Source: Octopus bimaculoides
Lineage: Eukaryota
Length of the DNA stretch: 64,000 nucleotides
Assembly (NCBI RefSeq): GCF_001194135.2
Contig: NC_068983.1
Location: forward strand, 150,127,983-150,191,982
Direction: 5' to 3'
The position numbers were made by a program, and so were the translations under genes. Shown here one piece after another: positions 1 to 13,750 of this stretch. How positions within the stretch are numbered: the stretch's first letter is position 1; each line of letters starts with the position of its first letter. The notes below the pieces were generated by a model. It was not told the DNA's origin. It saw only the letters and a list, made by a program, of their open reading frames with translations, and ran no database searches.

Positions 1-664
1 GGGGGACCCTGTCAAAGACTTTCTCCATATCAACGAAAGCCAGGTACACAGGTTTTGTATTAGTATTTCATCTCCTCTCCCTTCACCTCTCAGTGTGTAT
101 GTGTGCGTGCGTGCGTGCGTGTGTGTGGATTATTTTTCCGTTTGATAGTGGTTGGGTTCATTTTTAGTATTCTTGTTTGTGACAGCAATCCCATTTATTT
201 CAGATATTCTCATTTTAAAAATCATCTCCGGATAATCATTGAGGGGGTGTTGGTGTTGCCTTGGTGGAGGTTTGCGCTCTCTGAGTGCTCTTGTTGGTTA
301 TTAAATTATGCTATTTTTAATAATCACGATAAAGCATATGTAAATTTCATGAAAATCTATAAACACTTAAGTGTGAATAATTTCATTTTAAAAATTTGTA
401 CACAATTTCAAATTTCACAAAATGAAAAGGAAAACATCAATATTTTATAAAATGACAGCATTTATTTTCTCAATTTCAAAAAAGATAATTTACTCAAAAA
501 ACTGTTTATTTTTAACTTCAACCACCTTTCATATCTCACAGAATTCCATTTTACAAAATATCTTTTCAACTGGGAATAGTACTTCCAAAAAAAATTCTTA
601 TCCTTTTTGACCAACCTTCTAGTTCATACCTCACTGTAAGTAAGATAACATATTGTACAACATG

Positions 665-2215
665 TATCATCATTTGGCGTCTGTTGTCCTGCTGGCATGG
701 GTTGGACAGTTTGACTAGGGCAGGCAAGCTGGAAGGCTGCACCAGACTCCAGTCTGATTTGGCGTGGTTTCTACAGCTGAATGCTCTTCCAAACACCAAC
801 CACTCAAAGAGTGTAATGGGTGCTTTTACATGCAACTAGCATGGGGACCATTTGCATGACACAGGTATCTGCCATGACTGTGATTTTACTTGGCTTGATG
901 GGTCTTCTCAAGCATGACATAATGTCAAAGGTCTTAGTCATTGCCTCTATGAGGCCCAACACTTGAATGGAACTTTTCACATGCTACTGGCATCAGCCAC
1001 TTTGCCTCCATGAGGCCTAATGCTTGAAAGGTGCTTTTTACATGCCACTAGCACAGGTGCCAGTTACGTGACACTAGCATCAGCCACAATTACGATTTCA
1101 CTTGGTTTGTTGGGTCTTCTTAAGTACAGCATATCACCAAAGGTCTCAGTCACTAGTCATTGTCTCTGTGAGGCCCAGAGTTTGAAGATCATGCTTCACT
1201 ACCTCGTCCCACATCTTCCTGGGTCTACCTCTACCACAGGGTCCTCCACAGTTAGAGATCAGCACTTCTTTACACAGCTATCCTCATCCATATGCATCAC
1301 ATGACCATACCAGCATGGCTGCCTCTCTTGCACACCACATGTGATGCCTATTACGCCCAACTTTTTTCTCAAGATGCTTACATTCTGTTGAACATGCACA
1401 CTGATATTGCACATCCAGCAAAGCATACTGACTTCATTTCTCTCAAGCCTACGTATGTCCCTGGCTGTCATAGCCCATGTTTCACTGCCATGTAGCATAG
1501 CTGTTTGCACACAGGCATCATACAATCTGCCTTTCACTCTAAGTGAGAGGACCTTTGTTGCCAGCAGAGGTAGGAGCTCTCTGAACTTTGCCCAGCCTAA
1601 TCTAATTATCACGGTTATGCTCTCAGAACACCCACCTCCACTATTAACTTGGTCACGTAGATAACAGAAGCTATCTACTACCGCTAGCTCACCCAACTGG
1701 TACTTGGAGTATATTTTCTGTACATTTTCAGTGTCCACTGTACCAGTGCATCTTCCACATACAAAAGCTATTTTCCCTGTTAACCTTCCTCTGATATTGC
1801 TGCACCTCTTAAGTGTCCATAGCTTATACTGGGTACATCTTATGTAGTTTCTACCAACACCTTTTCTACAGATCAAGCAGGGCCATCAACCTGAAGGGAT
1901 TTGTGATTTGTCAACCTTCCTACTTACTAAGACTGGTTTTTGCTAGATTGACTCTAAGGCCCTTCGATTCTAGACCTTGCTTCCATACCTGAAACTACTC
2001 TAGTTCTGACAGTGATTCAGCTATAAGAACAAGGTCATCAACATAGAAGAGCTCTCAGGGGCAGCCTGTCTTAAATTCCTCTGTTATTGCCTGGAAGACT
2101 ATGATGAACAAGAGGGGTCTGAGGACCAATCCTTGGTGAACCCTTACTTGTACCATGAGTTCTTTGCTGTACTTGTTGCCAACCCTCATCTTACCAGTAG
2201 CGTCATTATACAGAA
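665..2215 (-). mobile_element. RTE-clade LINE, 5'-truncated and decayed (RT C-terminal half plus 3' UTR)
   Basis: ORF 1259-1876 reads VDSFCYLRDQV...RLGWAKFRELLPLL...VKGRLYDACVQTAMLHGSETW...WYGHVMHM, the typical RTE post-RT region. Upstream, with stops and frameshifts, are GVHQG..PLLF and YVDDLVL motifs (about 2030-2150). It ends in the shared RTE tail near 665. Confidence 0.9.
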
Positions 2216-3129
2216 ATTCATTTGATACTAATAAATTTGAAATAGATGAAAAACATTCTAAAAGGTGCTGATTTTAAATTGATCCTCATTTTGTCACAGA
2301 TTCAAATGAATAATATTGCTTTCAGGAGAGAATATCTCCATTTAGGTACTTTATTTCAGATGCTTCATCTACAGTGCATTTAGTTTTTAACACAACAAAT
2401 TCTCTCATTTACATGCATGGATGTATGTATGCACACAGGGACTGAGAAATAGAGATATGATTAGACTTCTGAAGATAGTGTTGGCATCCACAGCTGGATT
2501 ATAGCAGCCCAAGACACAAACCTAGGAAGGAAAATCCACTTTTCATACTATGACTTGAAATATGGATTTTCAAATTTGGTGTGTGTTATAAGTTGAAGTA
2601 GTAGTGCAATAACTATAGTTCAGAAGTTCAAACACCTTAGAGTTGGGAGTGACAAGAATGAATAAGCAAAGAATTATTAACTCACAGTATAGTGCAAGCA
2701 CTAAATTCTCTAAGTTTTTTAATTTAATTTTTTTAAACATTGTTTTGATCTGGGAAAGGGGGCTGTGCCCATCACCCTTGTAGGCCCTCTAAGACTGGCG
2801 ATGTAAATGTTAATGTTCCATTTGGACAAATCAAGGCTACAGGGGAAAACACCTACCAAGAGAGTATTCCAAATGGATAGCATTCTGGGGAGGAAAGACC
2901 AGAAACATAGTCAGAATTGGGTGTGGAAGGTGGATACTTAATAAATGATGAGATGAGACAAGAGAGAGTTGGAAGTGTCTGAGTGGAGATGGCATGTGAC
3001 CAACCAGCTCCAAGAAGCAGAGACCATTGTAGTAGCATCAGAAAAGGTAATTAACAGGTAAATAGGTACCATGGGATAGTGAGGTTCGCCACTATTAGTG
3101 ATAGAGCAATAAAATTGACAAATGTTCCT

Positions 3130-3800
3130 TGAGCACAAAGAGCTGAATTTTGATCCATGGGTTTCAGCCAAACTAAAACAATTGATAACACACCTATATC
3201 TTCAATTCTATCAGCATTGCAAGCACACAACTACTTGCTTTGGTTTGTGAGACTGAAGTTCAGTTGCATCCTAATTTCTAATAGTTTTATTGCTAGCAGT
3301 AGAAAAAGCATTAGATTTAGCTTTGAAAATAATTGTTCCAGTATTATACACATCTCCATAGTTATGAAAATTGTCATTTAAAATAATAATATAAAACTCA
3401 ATGTGTATGCATACATAAAAATCGATGAACATGTGCACATACTTGTGTAAATAAACTAATGTATGGAATTAGACAAGAGTGTTTAAAATTTAGCAGTAAA
3501 AAGATAAACCAATTTATTAACCATAGACTTCAGAATTTTTATCATATAACCTTAAATAATATTAAAACGAACTCCAACTTTATTTCTTTAAGCTACAAAA
3601 TAAATTTCACATTCTGCCTTTTTTATTGTTTAAAGTCCATAAATCAATATTTGATTACAGACTGGTGTTACATGATTAAGAAAATAATGTCACACATCTT
3701 TAATGGATTAGGGCGTACAGTTGTACCACATTCAGGTCTTTATAAATTCTTAATACACTTCAGAAGTTTAATGCTACACTATTGAAACATTATATCAAAC
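3130..3800 (-). mobile_element. Highly decayed pogo/Tigger-like transposase relic
   Basis: Minus-strand translation with stops, DVYNTGTIIFKAKSN...KPKQVVVCLQC, resembles the pogo DDE region (IYNxDETGLF...K..VTVLLC). Boundaries are approximate. Confidence 0.35.
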
Positions 3801-4329
3801 ATTCCAGATTCAAATTACAAAGACTGCATTATGCAGTGTACTCTTACTTATACTACTACCTGATTCTCTAAATTTGTTGAATTGGGAAAGAATCTTCAGT
3901 ATTGATAAAGTTCTAATCTAGGTACTGTAGGTGCTACTCACAACAAAAAAAATTTACAACATGTATGCTTGTTTACGATTTCGTTAATATAGTACTAGGA
4001 ACATAAGAATTGTCAAAATTTGTTTCCTATTAACAATTTTTCAGAACTTATGAGGAGTGAATTGCCCTTAGTACCTTTGATAACAAAGGTGATTCTTCAT
4101 TTCTTTTTAAAGATAGTGGAGCAACAGAAATATGATGTAATTTGATTTTGAGATCAAACTGTGCGAGGGTTGATATCACCACTCATTTCTCCAGAGTCAA
4201 GAGAGATACTAAGTTCAAGTGACTCCAGTAGTTTCTTCTCAATATAAAATTCCCAAATCCTAGAGATTTTTTTTTATGCAATGTAGTTAGCCCAATATGA
4301 AGATTATATAACTATTGCATGAATTTGGA

Positions 4330-5050
4330 TGAAATTTGCTGATACAATATAATAACCACTGGTGTACATTGTGAATGTAGTTTTTACCTGTTGTTGGAGT
4401 TTTACTTTTCGTGTCATTTCACCTGCCAAAGTAGTTTGAATGCAGTTAAGCTGATTATACGTAGGTGTTTTCACATACACTTGCAAAATGCCAATTCCTA
4501 GACATTGATTACTTGTCTCTTTGTAACTTGGAAGCTGCACAACACCCATTAGTAAAATGATTCCAGTTTACACTTTCTTCTCCTCCAGCCATTATTATAA
4601 AGTGGTGAGTGTTATGGAGTAAACTGGTAAGCTTTCAACTGGTTGAAACACTATTACTGCTTCAATCCCAAGTAAAACCATTTCACATGATTTACACAGC
4701 CAATATCCACGAGAAAAGCATGAACATCTTAATTCTCATCACTCCCCTTGCAAATAAAAGCGAAAGGCATATCACACCTGCCAACTCATGCAAGGACAGA
4801 AAAAAAACAAGCATAGAAATTCTGAGAATATTAGTGCATATTATTTGGAATTCTATAATTTTAAAGAATGAGTACTTGGCTTTCCCTAGCTCATATACCA
4901 TAGCGATGAACCTGTCTTTGTTCAGCTGTTTTTGAGTTCCAGAACTACAACTGCCTCTGGACTTATACATGTTCTTCATGAACACGATGATTCCATATCA
5001 TGGTGAAAAGCTTTATTTTTCTTTCAAGCTTCTTGATTTGTCAATTTCAT
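4330..5050 (-). mobile_element. Possible ancient DDE transposase relic (Sola2/Zator-like)
   Basis: Interrupted minus-strand reading with HFTNGCCAA..., resembling HYFSDGCAAQYK, followed by NYFG. The similarity is weak and judged by eye. Confidence 0.2.
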
Positions 5051-5125
5051 TTCAAAATATTTTAATTGCATTAGTACTGCATGACTATTGATTGAAGGTT
5101 TTTGTTCAGTAAATTCATTGATACA

Positions 5126-5201
5126 GACTCAGTGGATTTGGTAGATGGAAACTGAAAGAAGCCCATCGTATATGTGTGTGTGTATACGTGTGTGTGTGTA
5201 T

Positions 5202-5235
<34 letters not shown>

Positions 5236-5398
5236 AACATCGCTTGACAACTGGTGCTGGTGTGCTTATGTCCCCTGTAACTTAGCAGTTCGGCAAAAGA
5301 AACCAATAGAACAAGTCCTGGGGTCAATTCGCTCGACAAAAGGCGGTGCTCCAGCATGGCCACAGTCAAATGACTGAAACAAGTAAAAGAGTACAAGT
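5126..5398 (+). mobile_element. Octopus tRNA-derived SINE (OK/OR type), body and 3' end with internal (GT)n
   Basis: gtggatttggtagatggaaactgaaagaagccc-(GT)n-ccaacatcgcttgacaac...ggcggtgctccagcatggccacagtcaaatgactgaaacaagtaaaag matches the structure I recall for the abundant octopus SINE; its 5' body motif recurs near 37070 and 50350. Confidence 0.75.
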
Positions 5399-5595
5399 GT
5401 AAATGTGTGTGTGTGTGTGTGTGCGNNNNNNNNNNNNNNNNNNNNNNNNNNNNNNNNNNNNNNNNNNNNNNNNNNNNNNNNNNNNNNNNNNNNNNNNNNN
5501 NNNNNNNNNNNNNNNNNNNNNNNNNNNNNNNNAGTAGTAGAAATTATTTGAAAGTGGTTGTGGACGATGGTCAGTAGAAAGGGAGCAAGCAGTTT

Positions 5596-5638
5596 TTAAG
5601 TATGTGTGTTGTGTGAGTGTGTTTTTCTTGCAGTGTGT

Positions 5639-5675
<37 letters not shown>

Positions 5676-5871
5676 CGTGTGTGTATGCATGTGTGTACGT
5701 GTGTGTATATGCATGTGGTTTGCTCTGTGGATTGCGTGTGCGTGTGTGTGTGGGATTGTGAGTGTAAGGTACGTGTGCACGTGTGTATATTTTTGTGCAT
5801 GTGTATGTTGTGTATATGTGCGTTCCTGTGCATGTGTGTGCATTTGCTTCTGTACGTGCATGCATATATTA

Positions 5872-5915
<44 letters not shown>

Positions 5916-5925
5916 ATATATATGT
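5596..5925. repeat. Imperfect (GT)n/(GC/AT) compound microsatellite
   Basis: Directly visible. It generates the HT/VC ORF-track artefacts. Confidence 0.95.
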
Positions 5926-6344
5926 ATCAACATAACTGAACAAAAAAATGGAACAAGAATGTAACAGGCGACAACAAAATATCTGGACAGTTAGATGATA
6001 CAAAAAAAAAACACAGGAAACAACAAGGACGGGTCATTTGGAGCTTTCTACCGTCAGTTGAGTTGCAGATCGTTATTGCAGTTTCGGCCCACTATAGTCG
6101 AGACTGCTCCAATCTGGCTGGCCCCTAGAAAATCTAAGCTCAGAGCACTAGATTCTCTGGAAGAAAGCAAGTGAATGTATATGAAAACAAGGAAGAAAAA
6201 GAAAGAACAGAGAACTGGTACACAATTACAAATACATACAGCAGGACTGGACAGTCAAAGTCAGAAATGTTGTTGATGTTACTGCTGCAGCAAGCTGGTA
6301 GAATCTTTAGTACCTCAGAAGAAATGCAAAGTGGCATTTCATCT

Positions 6345-6495
6345 TTCTTCTGTTATGAGGTCAAATTCCGCTGAAGTCAACTTCGCCTTCCATTTTTCAG
6401 GGTCAATAAATTAAGTACCAGTGAAACACTGGGGTCAATGTAATCAACTAGTCCCCTCCCACAAAATTTCAGGCTTTGTGCCTTTAGTAGAAAGG

Positions 6496-6533
<38 letters not shown>

Positions 6534-6770
6534 GGCGCTGAGCTGCAGAAATGTAAGCATGCCAGGCGAAATGCTTAGTGGTATTTCGTCTGTCTTTACG
6601 TTCGGAGTTCAAATTCCGCCGAGGTTGATTTTGCCTTTCATCCTTTTGGAGTCGATAAATTATGTACCATTTGCATACTGGGGTTGATCTAATCGACTAG
6701 CCCCCACTGCCCCCATAAATTTTGGGCCTTGTGGCTAGAGTAGAAAAGATTATTATTATTACTACTACTA
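6345..6770 (+). mobile_element. Two tandem tRNA-derived SINEs, each ending in (ATT)n
   Basis: Two similar units, 6345-6530 and 6532-6770, share caaattccgc...gccttt/ccat...gataaatta.gtacca...actggggt...ggc.ttgtg.ct..agtagaaa.gattatt. The second has a B-box-like gagttcaaattcc. Confidence 0.8.
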
Positions 6771-7559
6771 CTACTACTACTACCACTAGGATGGTAATTT
6801 GACAAAATGCTAACTCTTTATATTCAGAATTCAAATTTTATTTGCAAAAAGTAAAATAATAGTGGTAATAAATCAAACTCAATTCAATCAACTATTTCCT
6901 TCCCAATAAATTTGTAGCCTTGTGTCAATCAATATGAGAAATCATCATTTTTATTATAGCACTACCATGTACTATAACAATGATATACACACATGCACAC
7001 ACCTGCTTCAAAACAAATTTTATTTCTGAAGATAAAACTGGTTTCCTCTTAATCCCCAAGTTTGATGCCATAATTAAATAGACCATATTTGCATTTCAAT
7101 GCTAATTACTTACAATTTTACTAAAGTTAGATTAATGAAAACAGTTACCATACTTTAAATCAGAACACTATTCATAATTTTTATATTTCATTAAGTCAAT
7201 AATGGGGAAAATTGACCATTTTAGTTGTCTGGCTAATTACTTATTATTTTTTAATGGAAAAGATAAACAGAAACTACTTTAACATAATTTTTTTTCTTTA
7301 GAGATGAAGTAATAGAAACAATGCAGTGTCTGTGTGTATGTGTGCCTGCACATCAAATGTGAAAAGAAAAAAGAAAAGGAAAATTTTGACTAAAAAAAAA
7401 ATGCCTCGCTTAATATTAGCTTTTCAACTTTTTCCAACCTGCAGGCTTTAGAAACCAGAAAAAATATTTTTTGTAGTAATCTACACATAAATAGTCCCAA
7501 AAAAAAAAGAAGAAAAAAAAGGTAAAACATTGAAGAAATTTCATAGTAAACCAATGAAG

Positions 7560-7648
7560 TTATGTTCGAAGCCTGATTTTAATACTACATATCTCATCCT
7601 GCTGTGCATTGTTGTTGGTCCTTGAGATATCAATTTCATTTTCACTAT
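7560..7648 (-). CDS. Candidate terminal coding exon of the minus-strand host gene (DSENEIDISRTNNNAQQDEICSIKIRLRT*)
   Basis: Acceptor tcatttgcag| at 7649/7648, a phase-1 open frame to TAA at 7562-7560, then AT-rich UTR-like sequence. No homology recognised. Confidence 0.35.
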
Positions 7649-10029
7649 CTGCAAATGACCAGCTATTCCTACAACTGGTAACTCTTTAAAATAGCTATGA
7701 TATGCAGAACAATTTGTTGGTTTGGCTCTTCTCACAAAAGTCATTAAACCAATCTGACTGATACTACCTAAATGACCCTAATGGATTAAATGATGGCCAA
7801 TTAGTTTGAGTTCAAATCCACTGTAAACATTTCATTGTTACTTTAGGTATAAAGTATGCTCTACATGATTCACTTCCTTTACCCAACTGTCAGTGAAGGT
7901 ATCAGATTGTCTGCAAAAAGTTATATGCATGAGTTACATTCTATCTAATAAAAGGAACCCCCCCACTCCACCCCACAATGTAAAGAGTTGATTTTAAGTA
8001 CTGGCTTCATGATTTACACTTTTTAATCAACTCTTTTAGCTTCTCGGGATGAACAGAAGGGTTGATTTCATTTAGATTTGGACAGATTTCTTTTCACACT
8101 CGTTACTAGGAAGCACAAAAACACCTTTCATTTCAATTTCAACACATTACAAATTATTACTATTGTAATGATTAAAAACGGGCAGATAACAGAAATGGTA
8201 GAGTGCCAGACAAAAAAAAAAAAAAAAAAAAAAATGTTTTTCCTTTTATACATTTCTTAGGGTTAATAAAAGAAATGTCAGTCAAGTACTAGGAGTCAAA
8301 TTGTCTGGATGCAACCTGAAATTTTGTGGTTATGTGTTACTATTATAACTGATTAGCATTATTTTAAATGGTAATATTTAGCTTTTAACCCTTCAATCAT
8401 GAAATGATATTTATCTTTTATCCTTCTGGTGTTGATAAAATAAGTACTGGCCACACACTGTGGTCAATTTAATCAACCCTGTGATTTTTGGTCTTGTGTC
8501 AAGATTTANNNNNNNNNNNNNNNNNNNNNNNNNNNNNNNNNNNNNNNNNNNNNNNNNNNNNNNNNNNNNNNNNNNNNNNNNNNNNNNNNNNNNNNNNNNN
8601 NNNNNNNNNNNNNNNNNNNNNNNNNNNNNNNNNNNNNNNNNNNNNNNNNNNNNNNNNNNNNNNNNNNNNNNNNNNNNNNNNNNNNNNNNNNNNNNNNNNN
8701 NNNNNNNNNNNNNNNNNNNNNNNNNNNNNNNNNNNNNNNNNNNNNNNNNNNNNNNNNNNNNNNNNNNNNNNNNNNNNNNNNNNNNNNNNNNNNNNNNNNN
8801 NNNNNNNNNNNNNNNNNNNNNNNNNNNNNNNNNNNNNNNNNNNNNNNNNNNNNNNNNNNNNNNNNNNNNNNNNNNNNNNNNNNNNNNNNNNNNNNNNNNN
8901 NNNNNNNNNNNNNNNNNNNNNNNNNNNNNNNNNNNNNNNNNNNNNNNNNNNNNNNNNNNNNNNNNNNNNNTGCTTGCTGATTTACTGATTACCTTCAAAC
9001 ATTAGCATCTCTGTACACACACACACACACACCAACTAAGATGAATGGAGAAATAAAGATGTAGATGCCAAAACGTCTGGGGTTTTTTAAATTTTTTATG
9101 TAAATGGACATTAGTTTGGTGGGTGGAAGACAAGATTTCTTTTGAGATATATTTTTCTTTATGTAAACTAATTTAGTCAACAACTATCTCTGGATACCAA
9201 GTCACCAAGTTTAAATTACCAAATTCATAACATTTTATAATTGGTGTCTCATTTTGTACATGAAATTCATAGCAACACAAGATTTTTTTTTTTTGGTGTG
9301 CTAATATGGTATTTTGCATTGTTCCAGAATAGAATATACTTTGCAAATGGAAACAAAAAAGAATGTAACATCCGAAGTCATTTATCTAATATATTTTCGA
9401 AGTGTAAAGATTTCAAAGATATACAAATGAAAAATAATGTACCTCACTCCTACAACTTTTGGTTGTTCAAAGTTAAGTTAAATGCTAATATAATGAATTT
9501 TTCAATAAACAGAGATAATAAAAATGTCAAAAGAATTTAAGAGGAATTATTGGAAGCAATTGGATTTGTTGCTGAGCTTTTCATGCAAATTCCATATTTG
9601 CTAACTCTTAGCTTAAATTTCACATACTGCATAGTACAGAGCAAAAATGGAATGAAAAATTATCAATCAACATTGGCATAGCAACTGATGCAAGAAAATT
9701 ATTCAATCTCTACAAAGAACCTGTAGAATACATATTCCTAATAATGCAAAACCAGTCAAACTATGATGGAAATTGTATCACCTCAGTGTTAGGTATTCAG
9801 TACATAAAGACCATAAACAACTCACAAGAAATGGAAGCAGTCAAGCTAAAAACCAACACCACCAAACATAAACATACATACCATCACGAACATGACCAAC
9901 TACCACACAGAATATCAACAGTATTTAAGGAAAACTTCAATGCATAAAACTTGACACATGGTAGAAGAAAAGAATATCACATCTAAATTCCCTCTACCTC
10001 AATAACAACACATATTCACAATAGTTAGC

Positions 10030-10960
10030 TATGATATATTATATATACATTTCTTTTATTAGCCACACAGGGCTCAACGAAGATGGGACAAATACAATGT
10101 AGAGCTTTTCTTTTTGGGAGGGGGAAGGAAGGAAAAAAAAAAAAAAAAAAAAATTGGTGGTGTCGATCAAAAGGGATCGTAGGAAGGGAAAAAGGAGCAG
10201 TTCGATCAAAAGGGATCGAAAAAAAAAGAGAAAAGGAAAGGCCGATCAATAGGGATCGTGTATCACACAGTAATGTTCTCGTGTAAAAAGAGGGGAGGAC
10301 AGTTTAGGTTTAGCCGTGGAAGGAAAAGCCTACGGAAAAGACCACGGTNNNNNNNNNNNNNNNNNNNNNNNNNNNNNNNNNNNNNNNNNNNNNNNNNNNN
10401 NNNNNNNNNNNNNNNNNNNNNNNNNNNNNNNNNNNNNNNNNNNNNNNNNNNNNNNNNNNNNNNNNNNNNNNNNNNNNNNNNNNNNNNNNNNNNNNNNNNN
10501 NNNNNNNNNNNNNNNNNNNNNNNNNNNNNNNNNNNNNNNNNNNNNNNNNNNNNNNNNNNNNNNNNNNNNNNNNNNNNNNNNNNNNNNNNNNNNNNNNNNN
10601 NNNNNNNNNNNNNNNNNNNNNNNNNNNNNNNNNNNNNNNNNNNNNNNNNNNNNNNNNNNNNNNNNNNNNNNNNNNNNNNNNNNNNNNNNNNNNNNNNNNN
10701 NNNNNNNNNNNNNNNNNNNNNNNNNNNNNNNNNNNNNNTGCCGGCATCTCGGACAGGTCGGCCCCGTGTTTCTCGAGCCATGCCTGTAGAGCTTATCCCG
10801 AACGGGTAGTGCTTCTCGATAGCACTGCCAGGCCAGAGATCTCTGGAAGTTGTCCATAGGTCTCGGCCCGAAGGTCGTCTTAAACAGGCGGGTCAGGTAT
10901 TCCTCGTCGACGCCCAGGTTCGCCCCGAGATCGTCGTCGTACCTTCCCTCCACTAATCCA
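10030..10960 (-). mobile_element. Tx1/L1-like LINE 3' end (zf-RVT region and 3' UTR), split by an N gap
   Basis: Minus-strand reading LFKTTFGPRPMDNFQRSLAWQCYREALPVRDKLYRHG...TCPRC is the non-LTR C-terminal zinc-binding region. It is CpG-rich, so young. AATAAA lies near 10060. Confidence 0.85.
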
Positions 10961-12328
10961 CTATAACTACTGCACCCATATAGGCAAACAATATCGCAAC
11001 ACTCCTTTAACCACCCACCTAATATCATCACAATATACCTCAAAGAACTTTACAAACTTCAATTAAAGTTCAATGAACCACTAAGAGAAAATTTCAGTTC
11101 AAAACTGAACAACAGATTCTACAACACACACACACTCACCAACAAGTAACACAGATATACACTCAACTTATTAGCCAACAATGTAGCCTGTATGTGGTCA
11201 CTCAGCCCATTAGAAATGGATGTCAAGTATCACTCAAACTTCATACTATTATTAAAAATCAAAGCTAAGACATGAAATAATGTAATTCTACTCCTCCACT
11301 TAAAATGATGGGCTGGAACACCTGTATTTATAAGATTGTTCAATCACAGATGACCTGAGATTGCCAGGATTAAACAACAATCAACTTTGTTGAATAAAAA
11401 CATGCAGTACGGGTTTTCTCTGCAATTAGACATTCAAGCATTCAGATCAAGCCTCTGGTCTAGACATATCTTCTTTCTTCCCCACCATCAGTGTCAGAAG
11501 GCCTGAAAAGAGTCATAGATGCTGCCATCCTTCTTCTGACTAAGCCAGTAGTTTTCCATGAGGAGAGGGCTGTGAGGAGTGATTAGGGAGTGGACAAATT
11601 GCCATGTTTAACAAAACTTTAATAATAACTTTAAACTGTTTAAAATTTCTCAACATCAGAGCAAAGGAAAAAGGAAAAAAAAGAATAATATGGATGCAAA
11701 AATCTTTTGTCCTCTATAAAGAGAAAAGAAGGACAAAACAAAAAAATTTAATATTTCTTGGTGGGGAATTCATATCAGTCTGCAAACCAATGAACTGAGC
11801 CACGAAGAAAAGAGAAAGTGGTGAAATTCCACTTCACTTCTATACTCAGTATGTTGGAGTGGTTTATCTAAATGACAAAGCAATATAAACCAATGATTAC
11901 CATCTTTCAGGTTTTAAATGATCCAACACAGATCGAATACATAAAACAATTTTTATAACTGAAATTTTTATATGCTGATACCTCAATCAGGTCTTGTTGA
12001 AATTCAATAGAGTTTATTTTTCAGAGTAATTGTCTTCAAGCATAAGATTTATCAAATCTATGATAGTGCAGGTTTAACTAGTCTTAAAAAAATGTAACTA
12101 CTTTATAAACTATAAAAAAAATAAAATAAAATAGAACAAAAGGCATCCATATTGTGGCAAGATATAACTTGCAACAAGTGTTTTCAAAAATCTTGACAAT
12201 ACTGATTCAAAACAACATAAGATTAACCCTTAGACTAAACTTAATAATTAACTAGTGAGACCCATGAATATTCCATGGGATTAATGGTAAACTTATTGGT
12301 TTATTTCTGCAAACTTTATCCAAAAAAC

Positions 12329-12376
12329 CTGAAAGTATAGCCTGTATCGTGTCTGTATCAAAAGATAGTCGCTCAT
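12329..12376 (-). CDS. Candidate internal exon (xERLSFDTDTIQAILS); the frame can read on to FLDKVCRNKPISLP
   Basis: Strong acceptor ctaatttccttcattcttcaatgatttgcag| and local CpG enrichment. The donor is uncertain (CAG|gttttt or further on). Confidence 0.5.
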
Positions 12377-13249
12377 CTGCAAATCATTGAAGAATGAAGG
12401 AAATTAGAATGCGATAAATTAATGCACTTTATATACTTTATACACAATTTCATAGACTTAATACACAGCACTCTCCCTCTTCTCTTGCTCAATGCCTTTC
12501 CCTTCAACTATAATGTGAAAGCGTTACACACAGGCTAATGGACGGGAAAAAAACTTAGTTTTAAAAAACAGAAATTATACATTTCACTCACCACCCCCTC
12601 CATCTCCATCTCTCCTCCCCCTTCAACTAATCACATGGAAGTGTTACAGGCAAGTTAAGTAATGGAAGAACAAGCAAAATTATTATAAGACTCTCTCTCA
12701 GAACAAAACTCAAAATTAGCAATACAATTGCAATTAAGTCTGTTAAATTGCAAATGATAAAAATGAAATTAGAAATTGTTACAAGCCCTCCCTCCACTCA
12801 TTAGATTCTTTTGGCTTCGGTTTTACTAACTGTTGGTGCTTATTCACAAATGGTGACAAAGGTTAATATACATACTTTTCTTTCTTTTTTTCTTTTTAAG
12901 CCAGTCTTAAGAAAGTTACAATTACTTAGTCAGTTTGTTGCTTTAGCTTAACAGTCCCTTTCTTTAAAACAAGTGCCAACACAAACTTGATTAAAGACTA
13001 ATGATTAACTAAAAGAGAACCAAATTGCATAATTGATTACTCACAATTACTTTACTAGGTCATATTTAAAGAGCTATTTGGAAACTTATAATGTTTTGCT
13101 AACCATACCAAGAATAGGCTTAAGAAGCTAACTGAGAGATAACAAAAATAATTCTCAAAGTACAGTCCAATTTTCAAAATAATCTCTGCATCTGATTGAA
13201 CAAAACACACACACGCACACTAAAGAAGTATCTTGAACAGCTCTTTAAA

Positions 13250-13750
13250 TGATAAATTTCAAAAATTGATGAACATTACTGGAGGTGTCTTGAGAAGTGG
13301 AATAAAATAGGTATTCAATAGAAGATTACTATTATTTAAAATATGCCATCTTAACTGCATTATCAATAAAACCGATCATTGCTGAAAAGATCTGAAAGCA
13401 GTTCTCAAAAGGATATTTTCAATTCCTTTTCCTGTGATACTATATCTGTTGGATGTAGCCATTTTGAACTAAAACTCTCTTGGACCTTTGCATTAGATAC
13501 TCTCTAGTTTCAGCTAACAGCACTTTTCCAAGCTGCATATATCAATAATGATATTAGAAATTCAACAGAAAACTATTAATAGTAATTTTTCTCAACCAAT
13601 CTGCAATCATCTGATTAATCATACCATGTTTCTCCTTAAATTACTGCCAATCTATTGGCATCATTATTGGACTTATTTCTAACCTGAACACTATGCAGCC
13701 TACATATATTGTCAGTAAAAGGTAAAAATTAAACATTATTTCATTCTCAA
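13250..13750 (-). mobile_element. Ancient CR1/L2-like RT relic
   Basis: Decayed reading EYLMQRSKRVLVQNG resembles SYLSNRxQRVxxNG of CR1/L2 RT. Confidence 0.25.
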
